Part shown: positions 37,047-49,726 of the stretch, piece after piece
Position numbering within the stretch: the stretch's first letter is position 1
How the letters are laid out: every line of letters begins with the position of its first letter
NCBI GenBank assembly: GCA_000708835.1
Contig: DF237322.1
Location: forward strand, 1-64,000
Origin: Klebsormidium nitens
Taxonomy: Eukaryota; Plantae; Klebsormidiophyceae
Length of the DNA stretch: 64,000 nucleotides
Direction: 5' to 3'
Position numbers and translations under genes: made by a program
Notes under the pieces: generated by a model
Seen by the model: only the letters and a program-made list of their open reading frames with translations
The model's database searches: none
Told to the model about the DNA's origin: nothing

Positions 37047-38469
37047 TCAGTGTACTTGCAAAGCCGCCAGCTTTGCGAGCAGCGCCTGCTCCCGCTCTTG
37101 CATCTTCTTTTCTAGCTGCCCTCTCAGCTCGGGCAGCTGCTGCTCCAGAGCCAGGCGCACCTTTTCGGTCACCTCATCTGGGATAGCCGCGCGGTACGCT
37201 GCCTCGATCTCCTCTTGCCGTGCCCTTTCATCTGCCGCCTGCTTCTCAGCCTGTATTCAAGGTTGCATCCTAAATAAGTTCGTTTATGCTGGAAGGCAAT
37301 CAGTCAGCCGTTGACAGAAGAAGGCCATGCATGACTGATAGTACAGCACCACGAAGTGTGAGCAAAGTGTGCTCCTACTAATTCGAAGCTCAACTCTGTT
37401 GATTGCGGTATGGATATACCATGACCAACGGGCTGGACGTGTTCCAAAAACGACAAAAAACTGTTCGAACGTGTTCAGGCTCCAAACTTCGGTTTCTTCA
37501 AAAATGACACCACGCCACTCTTTGAAGGCAGAGTTTCTGGTTCTGACTCACCCGCAGCTGATTTTCTCTTTCTTCTGCTTCTTTCCTTGCCTCCTCTAGC
37601 TTGAGGTCCCATTCAACCTGGGACATGGCCTCAGCCAGAGGCTGCAACAAGGGTGCTTCCTCCAGGCCATCATCGAGCAAGCTCGTGCAAGCGATTGTCA
37701 GCGTGCATCGTTGAGTGAAGGCATATTGGTATAACCTGAAGGGAGAAAAGCAATTGCCAGCACCTTAGAGGCCATCTGAAAGTGTTGCCACCCGCCCTTC
37801 ATCGACATGGGGGCAAGACTTTGCAAAGGACCAGGAGGGCTCGTAGAGCATCCACAAACGTCACAGCAATTGGAGTCCAAGTTTTGGAAAAGTCGGCTGG
37901 CCCCAGAACTGCGCTTGCTCTACCCCAAGACAAAACAAACCAGTAGCAGCCGTTCATGAAAGCCGCTGCTCCTTTAGACACACACATTGACAAGCAGAAC
38001 GTCTTTTGCAGCATGTTCACCAGTACCAGCTGCATCATCAACAGCTAGGGCCCGATCCTTCATCTCACTTGTAGTGCTTAAAGTAGGTCCTGATGACGTG
38101 CTCGGTCAGCAGCTTCACGTGCTCCAGAGGAAGAATGCCTGCACTGAACGGTGGCCGCTGCACGCTGTAGCCCAGGAGCAGGGACTTGAAGTACGCAAAA
38201 CTTCGCTCGGGTGTCAAGCGCTCGAGCACAGATCGTTCATGAGTGGCCTTGACAATCTTCAGCACTGCCGAGGTTTGAGAAGGTTCCAGGCCAGCTTGCG
38301 TACAGAACTGAAAAAGGTGAAGGAGAAGATCAAGTGCGATGCTTTCTGTGCTCCCTGATCCCGTCTTCTCGTCAAACCCTAAAATGGAGGCCAGGCACCT
38401 CCTCCTGTCGGACAGCGAAGAATATTGAGCCACCTCTACGACTTGCTTACCCTCCATTTGCGGCAACAT
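37047..38469 (-). CDS. CFAP119: Flagellar central-pair C1a subunit (C1a-32/CFAP119/CCDC189-like); start codon uncertain
   Basis: LFQFCTQAGLEPSQTSAVLKIVKATHE...SFAYFKSLLLGYSVQRPPFSAGILPLEHVKLLTEHVIRTYFKHYK|LYQYAFT is typical of this family. It is followed by a coiled-coil tail exon. Confidence 0.78.
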
Positions 38470-39209
38470 TAACAACTGCAACGCTCTTAGCTCGCTCTTA
38501 GCAAGCGTACAGTGGACGAAGCAATAGCTATGATAGATTTGAAAAGGCCATGAAAAAATGAATGTTCATCACTAGCTAGCTGGGAGTCTGGGCAGTTTGC
38601 GCTGTGCGGGAGGCTGGAGCGAACGCGTTTGGCTGCGCACTTGTGCACTGTAACCGCCCGGGCCCTGCGGCGTATACTGGCTCGTTTTTGGGGAGCACAT
38701 TAGGCATGGGGACAGTCTCCGGTCGGTTAAGTCCCGCAGCTTTTGCGTGCTGGAATGCCCGGTAGGACAAAACTGGCCTGTTGCTTGTGGACAAGGCCCC
38801 TCAAGGCCCCTCGAGCAGGCCCCTAGCTGCGCCGCCGCAAGGCCACATGATGCATCAGTCATGCAGATGCCAGGTCTAGCGGCGCTAGGTCCTAGATCAT
38901 GCAGGCAATGATGCATCCCCCGATCCCCTATCTCGGTCTTTCTCATAGTCAGATGGTCGTCCTCAACTCGACGCTAGCTACAGTAGACCCCCTCATCAGC
39001 TTGCTGTACCTATTCAAGGGGTCTGGTGAAAGGTCGTGAGACGACCGGGCTGGAATTTTGCTGTCGCTCCGTCCCCTCCGGCAGATTTGTTAACCGCACG
39101 GCTGCATGTTTGTGTGGTTGTTTGACTTGTCCAAGGATCCTCGGGACCCTGCGTCGACTTCCGTTCTGGATCAGCAGCATTGTCAATCCGGGGATTGGAA
39201 TAACTGCCT

Positions 39210-41153
39210 ATGGAAGGAGAAAGGATGGGGACATGGGAAGATCTGAGGAGAGAGGTCAGCCACCAAACGTAACCCTGACTATTACGCAAGCTGCATATCG
39301 AAGTTGCGCCCAAAGATCTGAGAATTTTTTTGCTGTTGTCAGGTTGGCAGTTTCAGATATCCCACAAGTTTCACCTAGCATACCCGCCAGAATTATCTAG
39401 TCTGCATCAATCTCTGTATTGCGAGCTGAAGACAGTTCAAAGGGGCAAAGGCCACTGTGTTTTCAAATGCGGAACAGGTTGCTGATTCTGCTCACTGTCC
39501 GGGCGTGTTCAGCTTGCTTTCACATGGTCATTATTTGTTGCAGGCGCGAAAGGTTGAGCACAGCTTGGACATGAAGCTGGCCGCCTACGCAAAAGCTGCT
39601 GATGATGGGTCAGCTACCAAGGTAGGCCCATCATCAGAGTCCTCTCAGACTTCTGAGCAACATCTCTGCAAAGCTTCATATGTCCTAAGTTGTTTTGACA
39701 ACTTGTGATCTTGTGGAAACTCTCGGCTTGGCAACAACCACTGCAAAGCAAGTGATGGTGTTCGAAGGTCACGCCTCCACCGTCTGCAGCTGCTCGAGAT
39801 TGAGCACCTCCTTCAGCAACTTGGCGATATCAACAGAGCCTTGGTCAACATCCAATCAAGGACAGACACACATGCTCACGCCCTGGCAAGGCATCACAGT
39901 ATCCTTGAGGATTTCACCAGGGTGAGAGACAGCTCGCATTCCCACCATGGTCCAACATTGATGGCTGCACCATTGACCATAGCTGTTGGGTCATACCCAG
40001 TGCATTAGATGCCGCTTAGGTGGTCTGTTGCACTGACGTCCTTGAGCAGCCTAAAACATAAGAGGCACTTTGAGTTAGGAGACTGACTTGAGGTCAGAAT
40101 CCATTCTGAGGGCCCGGACCAATACAATCATCCTGCGTTCCTTTAAGAGGTGGTGATGGTAAGATCCTCAGTCGTCCTCAGACTTGCTTGATTAAGCATC
40201 TCGTCATTGGCAGTCAGTGCTTGAGAAGTGTCTGTAACAGCAGTCTGCACAGACAATTGCAAGAAGGGTCGCACACGCCCATGCTCGCTCAATTGTCACG
40301 CATTATCACCTGTGTCTTACATATGTGGCAGGAGTTCAGGCGCATCCAGAGTAGCGTGACCACCAGCCGCGAGCGTGCTGAGCTGGTGGGAGCCTTCCAC
40401 TCGGTGAGAGAGGAGGACTTGGCCGGCTTGGGGCCCGCTTCGAGAGGGGCACAAGACTCGGCTCTCCTTCGAGAACATGGGGCAATCTATGGGAATGTTG
40501 CACAGGTGGGCCATTGAGGTGTAGCGGTCATCTCTCAAGCCCTCATACGTGCCATTCGTTCAGGTGAAGGGCGAACACAGATCCAAGTTGGGCTGCAGGC
40601 CTGATGCTTATAATCTCCATCGCTCAAAGACCAGACCTCAAAAGGAGCGGAGCATGCCATCTTTAAGGGTTTGTGAAGGCTGCAAGCAATTGTTTCTGTG
40701 GAGTCGGCCAATGTTGGGATTTTAGTCTGATCTGCTTTTCCTTTCCGCTTACAAGATTGACGAAGTCTTGGGACAAGCCCAAGAAACCTCCAACGCACTG
40801 TCGGCTCAAAGGGCGTTATTTTTGGGCATCAGCGGAAAGGTCAACAACCTTGGGGCCCATACCTTCCCTGCGGTAAGATCTCAACGAAATGCTTCATGAA
40901 GAGAAGTTTCAGTCTCTACTACAATGCATTCTCTAAAACCTTTCCGAACCAGAATGATTCAGATTCTGCATTTTTCCTCTCTGCAGTAAGTGTTCCAGTG
41001 AACTTGCGACAACGTGCATTGACTTTTGCTCTCTTGCAGGTCAATAAACTGATATCGGACATCCGGAAAAGGAAGTCGAAGGACACGCTCATCCTGTCCA
41101 CTACGATATCAATATGTACTCTACTAATCATCCTCTACTGGCTTTCAAAATGA
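39210..41153 (+). CDS. GOS1: Golgi Qb-SNARE GOS1 (GOS11/GOS12/GOSR1 family)
   Basis: Six exons: WEDLRRE | ARKVEHSLDMKLAAYAK | LLEIEHLLQQLGDIN...LARHHSILEDFTR | EFRRIQSS...LLREHGAI | IDEVLGQAQETSNALSAQR | VNKLISDIRKRKSKDTLILS plus a C-terminal TM anchor. Confidence 0.92.
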
Positions 41154-42219
41154 GCAAGACTTGCGGTTAGGGTGTTGAATCAACATATTGGTGTTTATCA
41201 TTAATGTCGTAACTCGTCGTTCAATGTAGAGCTAGGATAGCAACTGTCCATTATACTGCAAGTGTGAGTGAGCCTATACAGCTTATCATATCTGGTTTCC
41301 TGAGGTCGGGACGATCGACATGTATATGTAGGTGGAAAACCCGAGCTTCTGAAAGCATATGTGTCATTGACATATATACTGCATCCGGATAAATTTCAAC
41401 GCCCCCGAGATAATATGCTGAATTGAGTGCATGGCACCGGCCCTGGCTACCACGAGCACCATGGTTCCGATATATAACAAGTAACATCTAGAATTAGATC
41501 AGAGCTCAGTGCAGAAATTCCTTTAAAACACCATAAAATATGTAGTAGAAGCATAAGTACAGCTAGCCGGTGCATGCAACCATGTGCAGATGCAGCCGGC
41601 GGCAGTGATATTGCTGATCAACCGAACTGATGCCTATGCAGGAATGTGACCGTAGGACGGCCGTCCATGCTAGGCAAGTAGAAGCTCCCTCGCGATCTGC
41701 TGTTCTCAGTTGAGTGCAGCAGCACACATGGCTTGTCTAACACCGGCTCGGGAATTAGGAGAACTTGGCACTTCCGCGAACGAGGTGAAAGGCAATTTCT
41801 CCTTTATTTACGCCCTTAATAAACATCAGAGCAATCAGACGTGCCCTTCAGCACTAGTCTGCCGACCTTCAAAATACTGACAACATGTCCTCCTCTACAA
41901 GCAATCCACAAAGCCACTGTTGCCAGCTAGGAGTCTGTCAAGACGCATGTTCCATCCGCTTTTAATGTACACATGTAATCTGCAACACTGCTCGCGAAGC
42001 AACAACTTTGCCAAAGACCTTAATATGCAGTCTGTGGACGCCCGGTAGCAAACCAAAAGAGCCCACACCACCTGCGAGCACGCAAGGCTTTGCAGAATGA
42101 GACGGGTCGCTATCCTCGCCTCAGTAATTTTCACGCCACGCCCTTGAATCTGTACACCCCATTGAGAGACAAGACTCCGCCAAGCGACCCATCTTTGCTG
42201 GGTGCCCCCGCCGCGCGCG

Positions 42220-45200
42220 TTATTGGTAGTGCAGCAGCGACCAGTTCTGGTACATGATGGCCACGCACAGCATGTTCCCGGTGTCGTCCAGCACCTTCCA
42301 CATCAGCGCCTTCTCGTACCCCACCGACTGCCCTTTGCACGACAGAGTGACCCCTGGCGGCAAGTATGCATACCCCTGCAACCAAAGCAGGCAGAAACGA
42401 ATCACACCGTGTTCTTTCAAGATGAAGTCAGGAAAAACTTTGCTGCGAGCCCGGCCTACCTAGTACGGAACAGCGATTCGCAAACAAACTCTTGACGAGA
42501 GCAAGGGCGGTGCGCGCTGCGTCGGCTGACCTGCTGCAGGACTTGTGAAGAAGCGGCGTAGACGACCTTGCGGCCGTCCTCGTCCATGGACTTGTTCCAG
42601 TCGACGCCCGCCAGCTCGTGGATGGACGTCCCCAAAATGTCCAGCCCCGCCTTGTTGGCAAAGGTGTACTCGGGGCTCGCCTGCACCAACCTCGCCCCTG
42701 TCAGTCATTTCCCCCCCGGCGGAACCAGTCCGGCCTCAGAGCAGCGACTGAGGCAGCATATGCCTCTGCCTGGCAGCTTTTGGGAGGAACTCGGCATTGC
42801 TTCACCCGGTACATCAAAGCGGCATCTGGCATGTCTCTAGTTCAGAATACTTGTAGACAGCCTCGTGCGCGCCAACTTGACGAGTTCTTCCTGGGGCGCC
42901 GCGCGGTGCGTACCTTGACCACCCAGCACAGGATGGCCGCCGGGTGCAGCCAGAAGGCCTTGAAGACGGCCTCGGAGGAGGGGTCCTTGTCGTCGCACAG
43001 GTCGCCGCCCATGTGCAGCTGGTAGCTCGACACCACGCGCTTCGCCAGCAGCAGCGCGTCCGGGCTCGCAGGCGGGCTGCGCGGACTCGGGGCCAGCGCC
43101 TGCGCACACCCCAGCAGCACCACCACGCTCAGGCGCTGCTCACCACGAGGGAGCGAGGCAGCCAAACACACAGCAGGAGGGAAAGGGGGCACTCGGGACT
43201 GGGGACCATGCATGGGCCACAAGCTTCTCGACAGACCCCCGGTGATGGGCTATGCCCCATGATCCGACGGAATCTTTGCGTACTTGCTCAACAAGCTGCT
43301 ACTCAATCCAGCGGCTGGGAGTTTTGCAGCATGGGAGTTGGGGGCAGTCACCTTGATGCACGTGGGCGCGAGCGCCATGGCGACCCGCTGCACGCTGCCG
43401 ACCACGCTGCGCACGTACTGGCGCGCCACCGCCGCCACCGCCTCCTCCGAGTGCGGCTCGTACGCAAACTGGAACGCGATGCTCAGCACGGACTTCCAGC
43501 ACTGCGTCACGTCGTCGCCGCTGCCCACCGGGTCGATCGCGTGCGCATCCAGGCTGTTCTGGCCGGCACGCCCGCCGCGCAGGCCGTCCGCCTTCTGCAA
43601 CAGCACGGCAGCCCGGCAAAATCAACATTTGCGGGCAACATGGGTCCACACCGCGGAACAAAAGTGGCAGAGGCTCAGCGTGGGACCTGAAGCCAAAGAA
43701 GAGCGCCAACGACGGCCTCAATCTGCCCGAGACACGTCGTGTGCTTCCGGAAGAGCACAACATGGTGCGCACATGGCAGCCAAGGAGGGAGAGTTGCCAA
43801 GGGACACGGCCTCGTCTGCTGTGCATTGCAGGCGGGAAACGCATTTGCTGGACGGGATGCGCGTTGGCCTCACCAGTTCTTCGGTGTCCACGGGGATGAC
43901 CCGGAAGCCGGAAGGGAGGAGGGGCACATCCGCGGCCGCTGCCGCGGCGTCGACGGGTGCAAAGACGAGCTGGGCGGCGGCGGCGGAGTGGACGTCGGGG
44001 CAGGTGCAGAGCTGCAGGAGGAATGTGTCGCCGTCCTTGGAGTACGAGTTGCGGCCCTCCAGCTTGACCAGCTCCAAAAACTCCTGGTCGTCCATGGCCA
44101 CCGCCAGCGGGATGTCGCTCGGGAGCAGGCCCGCCTCGCCCGCCTTGCGCTGCCGCCGCAGCGTGCCCTGGATGGCGGCCGCCGTGGACGCGTCAATGTC
44201 GGGGTCGGCCCACTCGGCGCGGTGGTCGTGCATGAAGCGCACCAGCGTGGCGGGGGGCACGATCTGCAGCAGCATGCTTGCGCGCGCGCATAGCACGCCC
44301 CCGCTGCCGGCGCCGGCGTCCTTGGCACTGTTGGCGCGCGCCATCACGCTGACGTCGTCCATGCCGTCGCTGGGCAGGCTGACCCACTGCTCGTCCGCAA
44401 ATGCGTTCACCGCCTCGTTGAAGCCCCTGCGTGCGAGAGGACGAGGTCAGTGCACTCCCCCTGTCAACTCTCTCTGCAATGGATCACGTCCTTCTAGGGA
44501 CCCATGTTGCTGGAGCGTACAAGTCCCCTGCCTGGGTTGTCTCGAAGTTCCTCAGAGCGTTGGATATGCGGCTTGAGTTTGACAAATACGATGGAGCTTG
44601 GATACCTTCAATCCAGCCACAAAACAAAGAACTTGTCAACCCCTTGAACGTGCAAAGGTTCTTGACGTGCAAACTAAGCGTTCAGAGCACATTGCAGTGT
44701 CTACCAGTTGGAGAAACAAATGCAAAAGAATCATCTTCCAGTTAAGCGCGGAGCTCGTGGCTGGCCTACCTCGCTAGGCGCTCGGTGATGACGCGCCAGG
44801 CGGCGGGCTGGTGCGTGGTGCCGGTATCGGAGTCGGGCCCTTCCTCCATGGCGACCCGCTTGAGGAAGCGCAGGGAGGAGAGCGTGTCGTGGTGGGCCAG
44901 CACCGCGCTCGACGAGTACAGCGGCTTCAGCACGTCCAGCACGCTCCACGGCTGCACCGCATAGGACCAGGAGAGTGAGCGGCGCAACCAGACCCGAGGA
45001 CCAGCGTGGAGATCACAGTGCCAGCTTCAACAAGTATCGTCTTGTCGACTGTCTGTCCAGTGCTCGGCGGTCTTTCTGAGCATAAGAAACGGCTGTTCCA
45101 ATATTTTTCTATATTCCACGTAAGGATTCAGGGCGGCACCAGCAGTGCTGGCCTGCGGCAGGGTGGCACGTGGAAGCGCACCTCGAGGTCTAGGTGGTCC

Positions 45201-48200
45201 ACTGCAATCAGGATGCAGCCGCCGCCGTCGCATGGCCGCAGCAGGAACCCCCCGGAGAACACCTCGCCGCGCACAAAAGCAGGGGCGGCAGGCACACTGG
45301 CCTCAGTACTGGCCAGTGACCGCTCGCAAATCTGCACACATGAGGAGAGGGGCTGAGCAAAGACGCCCGAAACGGCACCCTGGAAGCGATGAGAGCCCTG
45401 AGGCGCCGAGCCTTGCAGCAAAGCTCTCCATGTCGGTTGCTGCTGGCACCACACTCAGCCAGCGCACAGATGGTCCACACAAGAAAGACCCCGTGCAAAG
45501 GATAAGAGGGGGGAATAAGCGACTGACCACAATGGCCCCATCATCCAAGACAGTGGTGTAGCGCACGGTGCAGAAGTCGCGCGGGGGTGCGAGGGTGGTT
45601 GGTGCGTACATCTGCACGCAGCGGGGGAGGCACTGAGCAGTAGCCATGCAGCGCAGGCCAGGGCAAGCTGGAGTCGCAGAAAAAGCACCGGGACGCCGGC
45701 CATGGACCAGCTTTGCAGGCCGAACGGCGGCCTTTTTGGGGCAGTAGCTAGCACAGCGCTAGGGCTTCTGGGCGACGCTCAAGGAAGCAGGGTGCTGGTG
45801 TTTGACAAACTCCTCCAACGCAGCACGTCTATCGCACACTGACAGGCAGGAGGCCTTGCCGGATGCTGCCCTACCTGCGTGTAGAGCAGGTCCACACGGC
45901 CGGCCCCCGCGGCAGTGAAGCCCCCCAGCACCTCGCATCGTCGGCAACCCCGCAGCCAGGCCGCCTTGTCCTTGAGCAACTCAGCCGCCTGCCAGAAGCA
46001 GCACGCACTCAGCAACCCAGCGCTAACTCGTTCCGACAAGTGCACTGCGCTTCACAGCGCTCCCGAAACAGAAGGAGTAAGACCCACCCAAGCGGTTCTG
46101 ACAGAACTGGAGGAGGGAGAACATGGACTCCCGAGCCAATGTAAGGGACCCCCTCTCTAAGTATCACCCCCTAAGATCAACAATCTGGGTTGATTGGATC
46201 CACTGATTGACCATCGATCGAAGGGGTTGAACAGCAAGGGGGTCCCTGGGGAGTCCGCGGCAGTCCCAGTTCTCCTTCCCTTTCTTTCAGATAGCAGAGC
46301 GTGTTGCGTGCTCACCTTTGAGGCTGGCAGAGAGACCAGTCCGCAGACGCGTGCGGCCACCCCGCGGGGCCCCTGCGCGATAGACGTGATCCCCAGGCTC
46401 TCTGCCCCCGACTTGAGCAGCGGCAGCTGCGTCCACTCCACAGCCGTCCCCGTCGCCTTGGCCAGAAACTCTTGGCACGCTTCCTGGGCGGACTGCAGCA
46501 GCCTGCATCCGCGGGCACAGGCAAAATCGTCACAACCCGCAGGGCCGACGGGCCACGGCACCCTTGTTCGGGGCAGCTGGGTTCAAGGCAACATGGGGGG
46601 TTTCCACCACCACTTCACCCTGCCACAGAGGGGAATGTGCCGTGTAGTTTGGCGGGGAGCCAAATCTTGCTTGTGCTTGTGCTTGTTGCGAACGCCAGCA
46701 GCTGAGGGTACCAACAACCACTACCGGCTGTGCATCTTTGCTTGTCCCAAAACGAGCTTGACCTTCTCTCACCGGTCCACCGTCTAAAGCGGGTAACGAG
46801 ATTTGCTTGTCGATCTTACCAGCAACACCGCACGATTACCTTCCCAAGATGCATACCCTGAGATTTAAATGTCAAGTTTAACAAGAAATCGCGCTACCAG
46901 CAGACAACCCGGCTGGCGCCGGGCCCATCTTGCCAAGATTACCGGGACTGTGTTTAGGCGGGCGCTCACCCTGCGGTGTTGGAGGGAGTGCGCGTGGCAG
47001 CAACGGGTGCTAAGCCGGGCTTGATGTGCGCCAGCCCGAGCGTTAGCAGGGAGCCCTTGGCAGCGGCGTCCCCCTCCCCGTTGATGGTGGTCCCTGCGGA
47101 GTCGTCGGTGGGCAGGCTGAGCGAGGCGGACTGCTCGAGCGCTGCGTCGGTGAGCTTGCGGATCTGGTCGGGGAGCGCGTCCTCGTTGGGGCCCGCCAGC
47201 ACCAGGCTCAGGTTGGGCGCCGGGGCTCCCTGCACCACGCAGCACACGCCTCACGCACAGGAGCAGCAAACTGGAGGCTGAAAGCAGGCCGCGAGATGAA
47301 GCACTTGGGTAACTTTTAAAGAAACATACCAGGAGCTGCTCGACTAGAGGGTAGGCGGAGGAGAGACAAGAAAAAGCGGACCGTCTGCAGTCAAAATCCT
47401 TTGAATGGCCCAAACCAACCTAGTCGAAGGCAGACCCCCCGGACGACTGCCCTGATATACCTTTGAGCACTGCAGGGGTGGCAGAGTGGCAGGGGGTCTC
47501 ACATTCTCGAGCTTGGGCAGGGCCTGGTTCATGGACTCGAGGCGGAGCTTGAGGAAGCGGTTCTCGGAGGAGAGCTGCAGCGCCTGCTTGGTGAGGCGGT
47601 CGTTCTCCTCCAGCAGCAGCTTGTTGAGCGCCGTCAGCTTGGCATTCACGCCCACCAGGCGGGAGCTCTCCTTGCGCTGCTTCTCTCGGCATCTGTATTC
47701 AAGCCAAGGGAACGCTTCACACAGCAGAACAAGGTCTGGGGCTGCAACCCGACCACGTGCAAACCGCACAGGCTGTGCAAACGACTTTTTGTTGTCGCTT
47801 GGCTCAGGGCACCCAGTGGCACACCAACCAAGCTCCACCCCCACTTGCGAAGGGTGGGAAAGTCCGCAATGTTGTAGGTCTTGTCATGCTTTACTAGAAG
47901 AGCTCTGAAAGGCCAGCATTTCAAAGGTGGAGCAAGGTCACAAGCTGACAATGTCTTTCAGGATTTCAGCGAGCTGCGCTGGAACAAATAGGGTTTTGCA
48001 CTCCGGTGCAATATCCAAGACTGCAATGCTACATTGCACATGCTTGCAGACCTGCCTGAAGCAAAAGCAACAGGTGATCGAGGGGCCGCACACCCGTTGC
48101 AAAGTGCCTCTGCAAAGATCATTCTGCTGCTTTGTGTGCTACACAACTGCAAGCGGCACCCATCGCTGCACAATCTCATCAGCGAGCTTGTCACACTCTG

Positions 48201-48661
48201 CACAACGGCTGCTCATCTGAAAAGTTGACTATTTCTTGCAGAACGAGGCGATGCACTGAACCAAACGATCAACCAACTCTCTGTCCAACAAAGGCATGCA
48301 ACAGCCTTCACGTCCACTTGTGTTTTGTAAGATCCCAGTGATTGCAGCCCACCAACCCTTGAGGCTGCCTTAACAAAAATGCTGACAAAAAAGATTCGAC
48401 CCAAAACTCAGGATGCATGTGCATGGTAAGCTGGCAAAAAGCTGTGGCAGGATCCACGCAGACTTACCTTCTGTTTTGAAACCAGACTTTGATAGACTTG
48501 ACATCGATGCCGGAAAGGGCAGGATAATCCTTGACCAGGGCCGCCCGCTTGGCAGCACTTGGCTTAGGGCACTCATTATACTCCTTCTCAAGGATTCGTA
48601 ACTGCTCGCTGCTGTACTTGACATATCGGCCCCCTCCACCGGTCTCCTCGCTGCCCCCCAT
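42220..48661 (-). CDS. C3HDZ: Class III HD-ZIP transcription factor (homeodomain, leucine zipper, START, SAD, MEKHLA)
   Basis: RYVKYSSEQLRILEKEYNECPKPS...IKVWFQNRR|CREKQRKESSRL...LLEENDRL; START domain (KATGTAVEW, AARVCGLV, MYAPTTLAPPRDFCTVRYT, LRPCDGGGC); SAD (FADEQW, LPSGFRVIP, SIAFQFAYE); MEKHLA (EYTFANKAGLDIL, GYAYLPPGV, YEKALMWKVLD). Confidence 0.96.
46144..46247. repeat. 104-bp hairpin / mini-MITE-like element in a C3HDZ intron
   Basis: AGGGACCCCCT (46144-46154) and AGGGGGTCCCT (46237-46247) are perfect 11-bp inverted repeats, with an internal GATCAAC/GTTGATT stem. No TSD seen. Confidence 0.4.
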
Positions 48662-49726
48662 GCTTGCGACAGAGGTAGGACCGTTATCCTCTCATACTCT
48701 GCCAGGAATGTCCCATTATCACTGTCAGCTGCTTTTCCCTGATTATCAAACCAGAGCACTGGCAGCAATCTAACAGCTTTCAACACAGCTGCCCGACCTC
48801 ACTCCCTTAACCCAACTTATCCTTGCAACCATACAATTTTCATAGCACGCTGCGGCTCAATCTCGCTGTCATCCAACCGCTCCCGCCATCCTGGCTTGAG
48901 CAGATGTGAGACGGTTGCCTCCGACCATGGAGCTTTTGCATTGCCATAGACGTTCCAAAATCCGCCGTCAAATGATGCCCTGGCAATCGGCAACCTTTCT
49001 GCATTTCCTCCACATGCCAGACTGAAGCGCAGGTGCTGTGGCGGCTCGCCCTGGCCAGGCTGCATCAGAAGACTCCAGCAGCCAGCTAGGTAGATCATGC
49101 TCCTCCCTGAACATTAGAACGTGGGGTCATCAAACTTACATTTAACCTGGCCGGGGGACACGCGATTTAGCTCTGCTTTTACCGTCCAACCTGTTGACGT
49201 TCAATTACTTGACGGTTCCGATTGCTTCTAACAAGGGCCCGGCTCATTTGACCCATGGTCCCTGACGGGCCTGACGCCGGCGGAGAAAGTAGAGGCTAAA
49301 TAACCTGAGGATGTTATTATTGTCTTCCAAGAGTTCAATCCGTACGCGGTCTTCGCATCTTCAGTGTAGGAGCAACCAGTGTGCGAGGTTGATGCGCATT
49401 GCGCGCTCCAAGTTGCAAATGAGCACCATCGACTATGGTACCGCACTGCGCAGTCTAATTGTGGATATGCGCAGTGCTGCGCACTGCAGTGCGCAACTTT
49501 TAGCAACGAGTTCACTGAAGCAATCATTGCCAAAATCAAACGAATCATAACCGCAAATCCAGGACTGACCAACATCATGACAAAAATTGACGTAATCACT
49601 TTTTTGCCTAAATCCGGTGCACCGTAGATGGATCATCATTCTACGGTGCTGAGCTTGGAGTGCAGTACCATTTAATACAGGTACACTTTGAAGTGTACGG
49701 TTCCCCATAGATACACTGTACAGTAC

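Noticed and set aside
43284-44576. 430-aa plus-strand ORF (also 18985-19884, 20951-21640, 53384-54178 and similar)
   Set aside because: These are antisense or alternative-frame shadows of GC3-rich exons, with no recognisable motifs.
49130-49175. U1 snRNA-like start (ACTTAC...CCTGGCCGGGGG)
   Set aside because: The ACTTACCTG 5' end is interrupted, and no downstream U1 stem-loops or Sm site were recognised.
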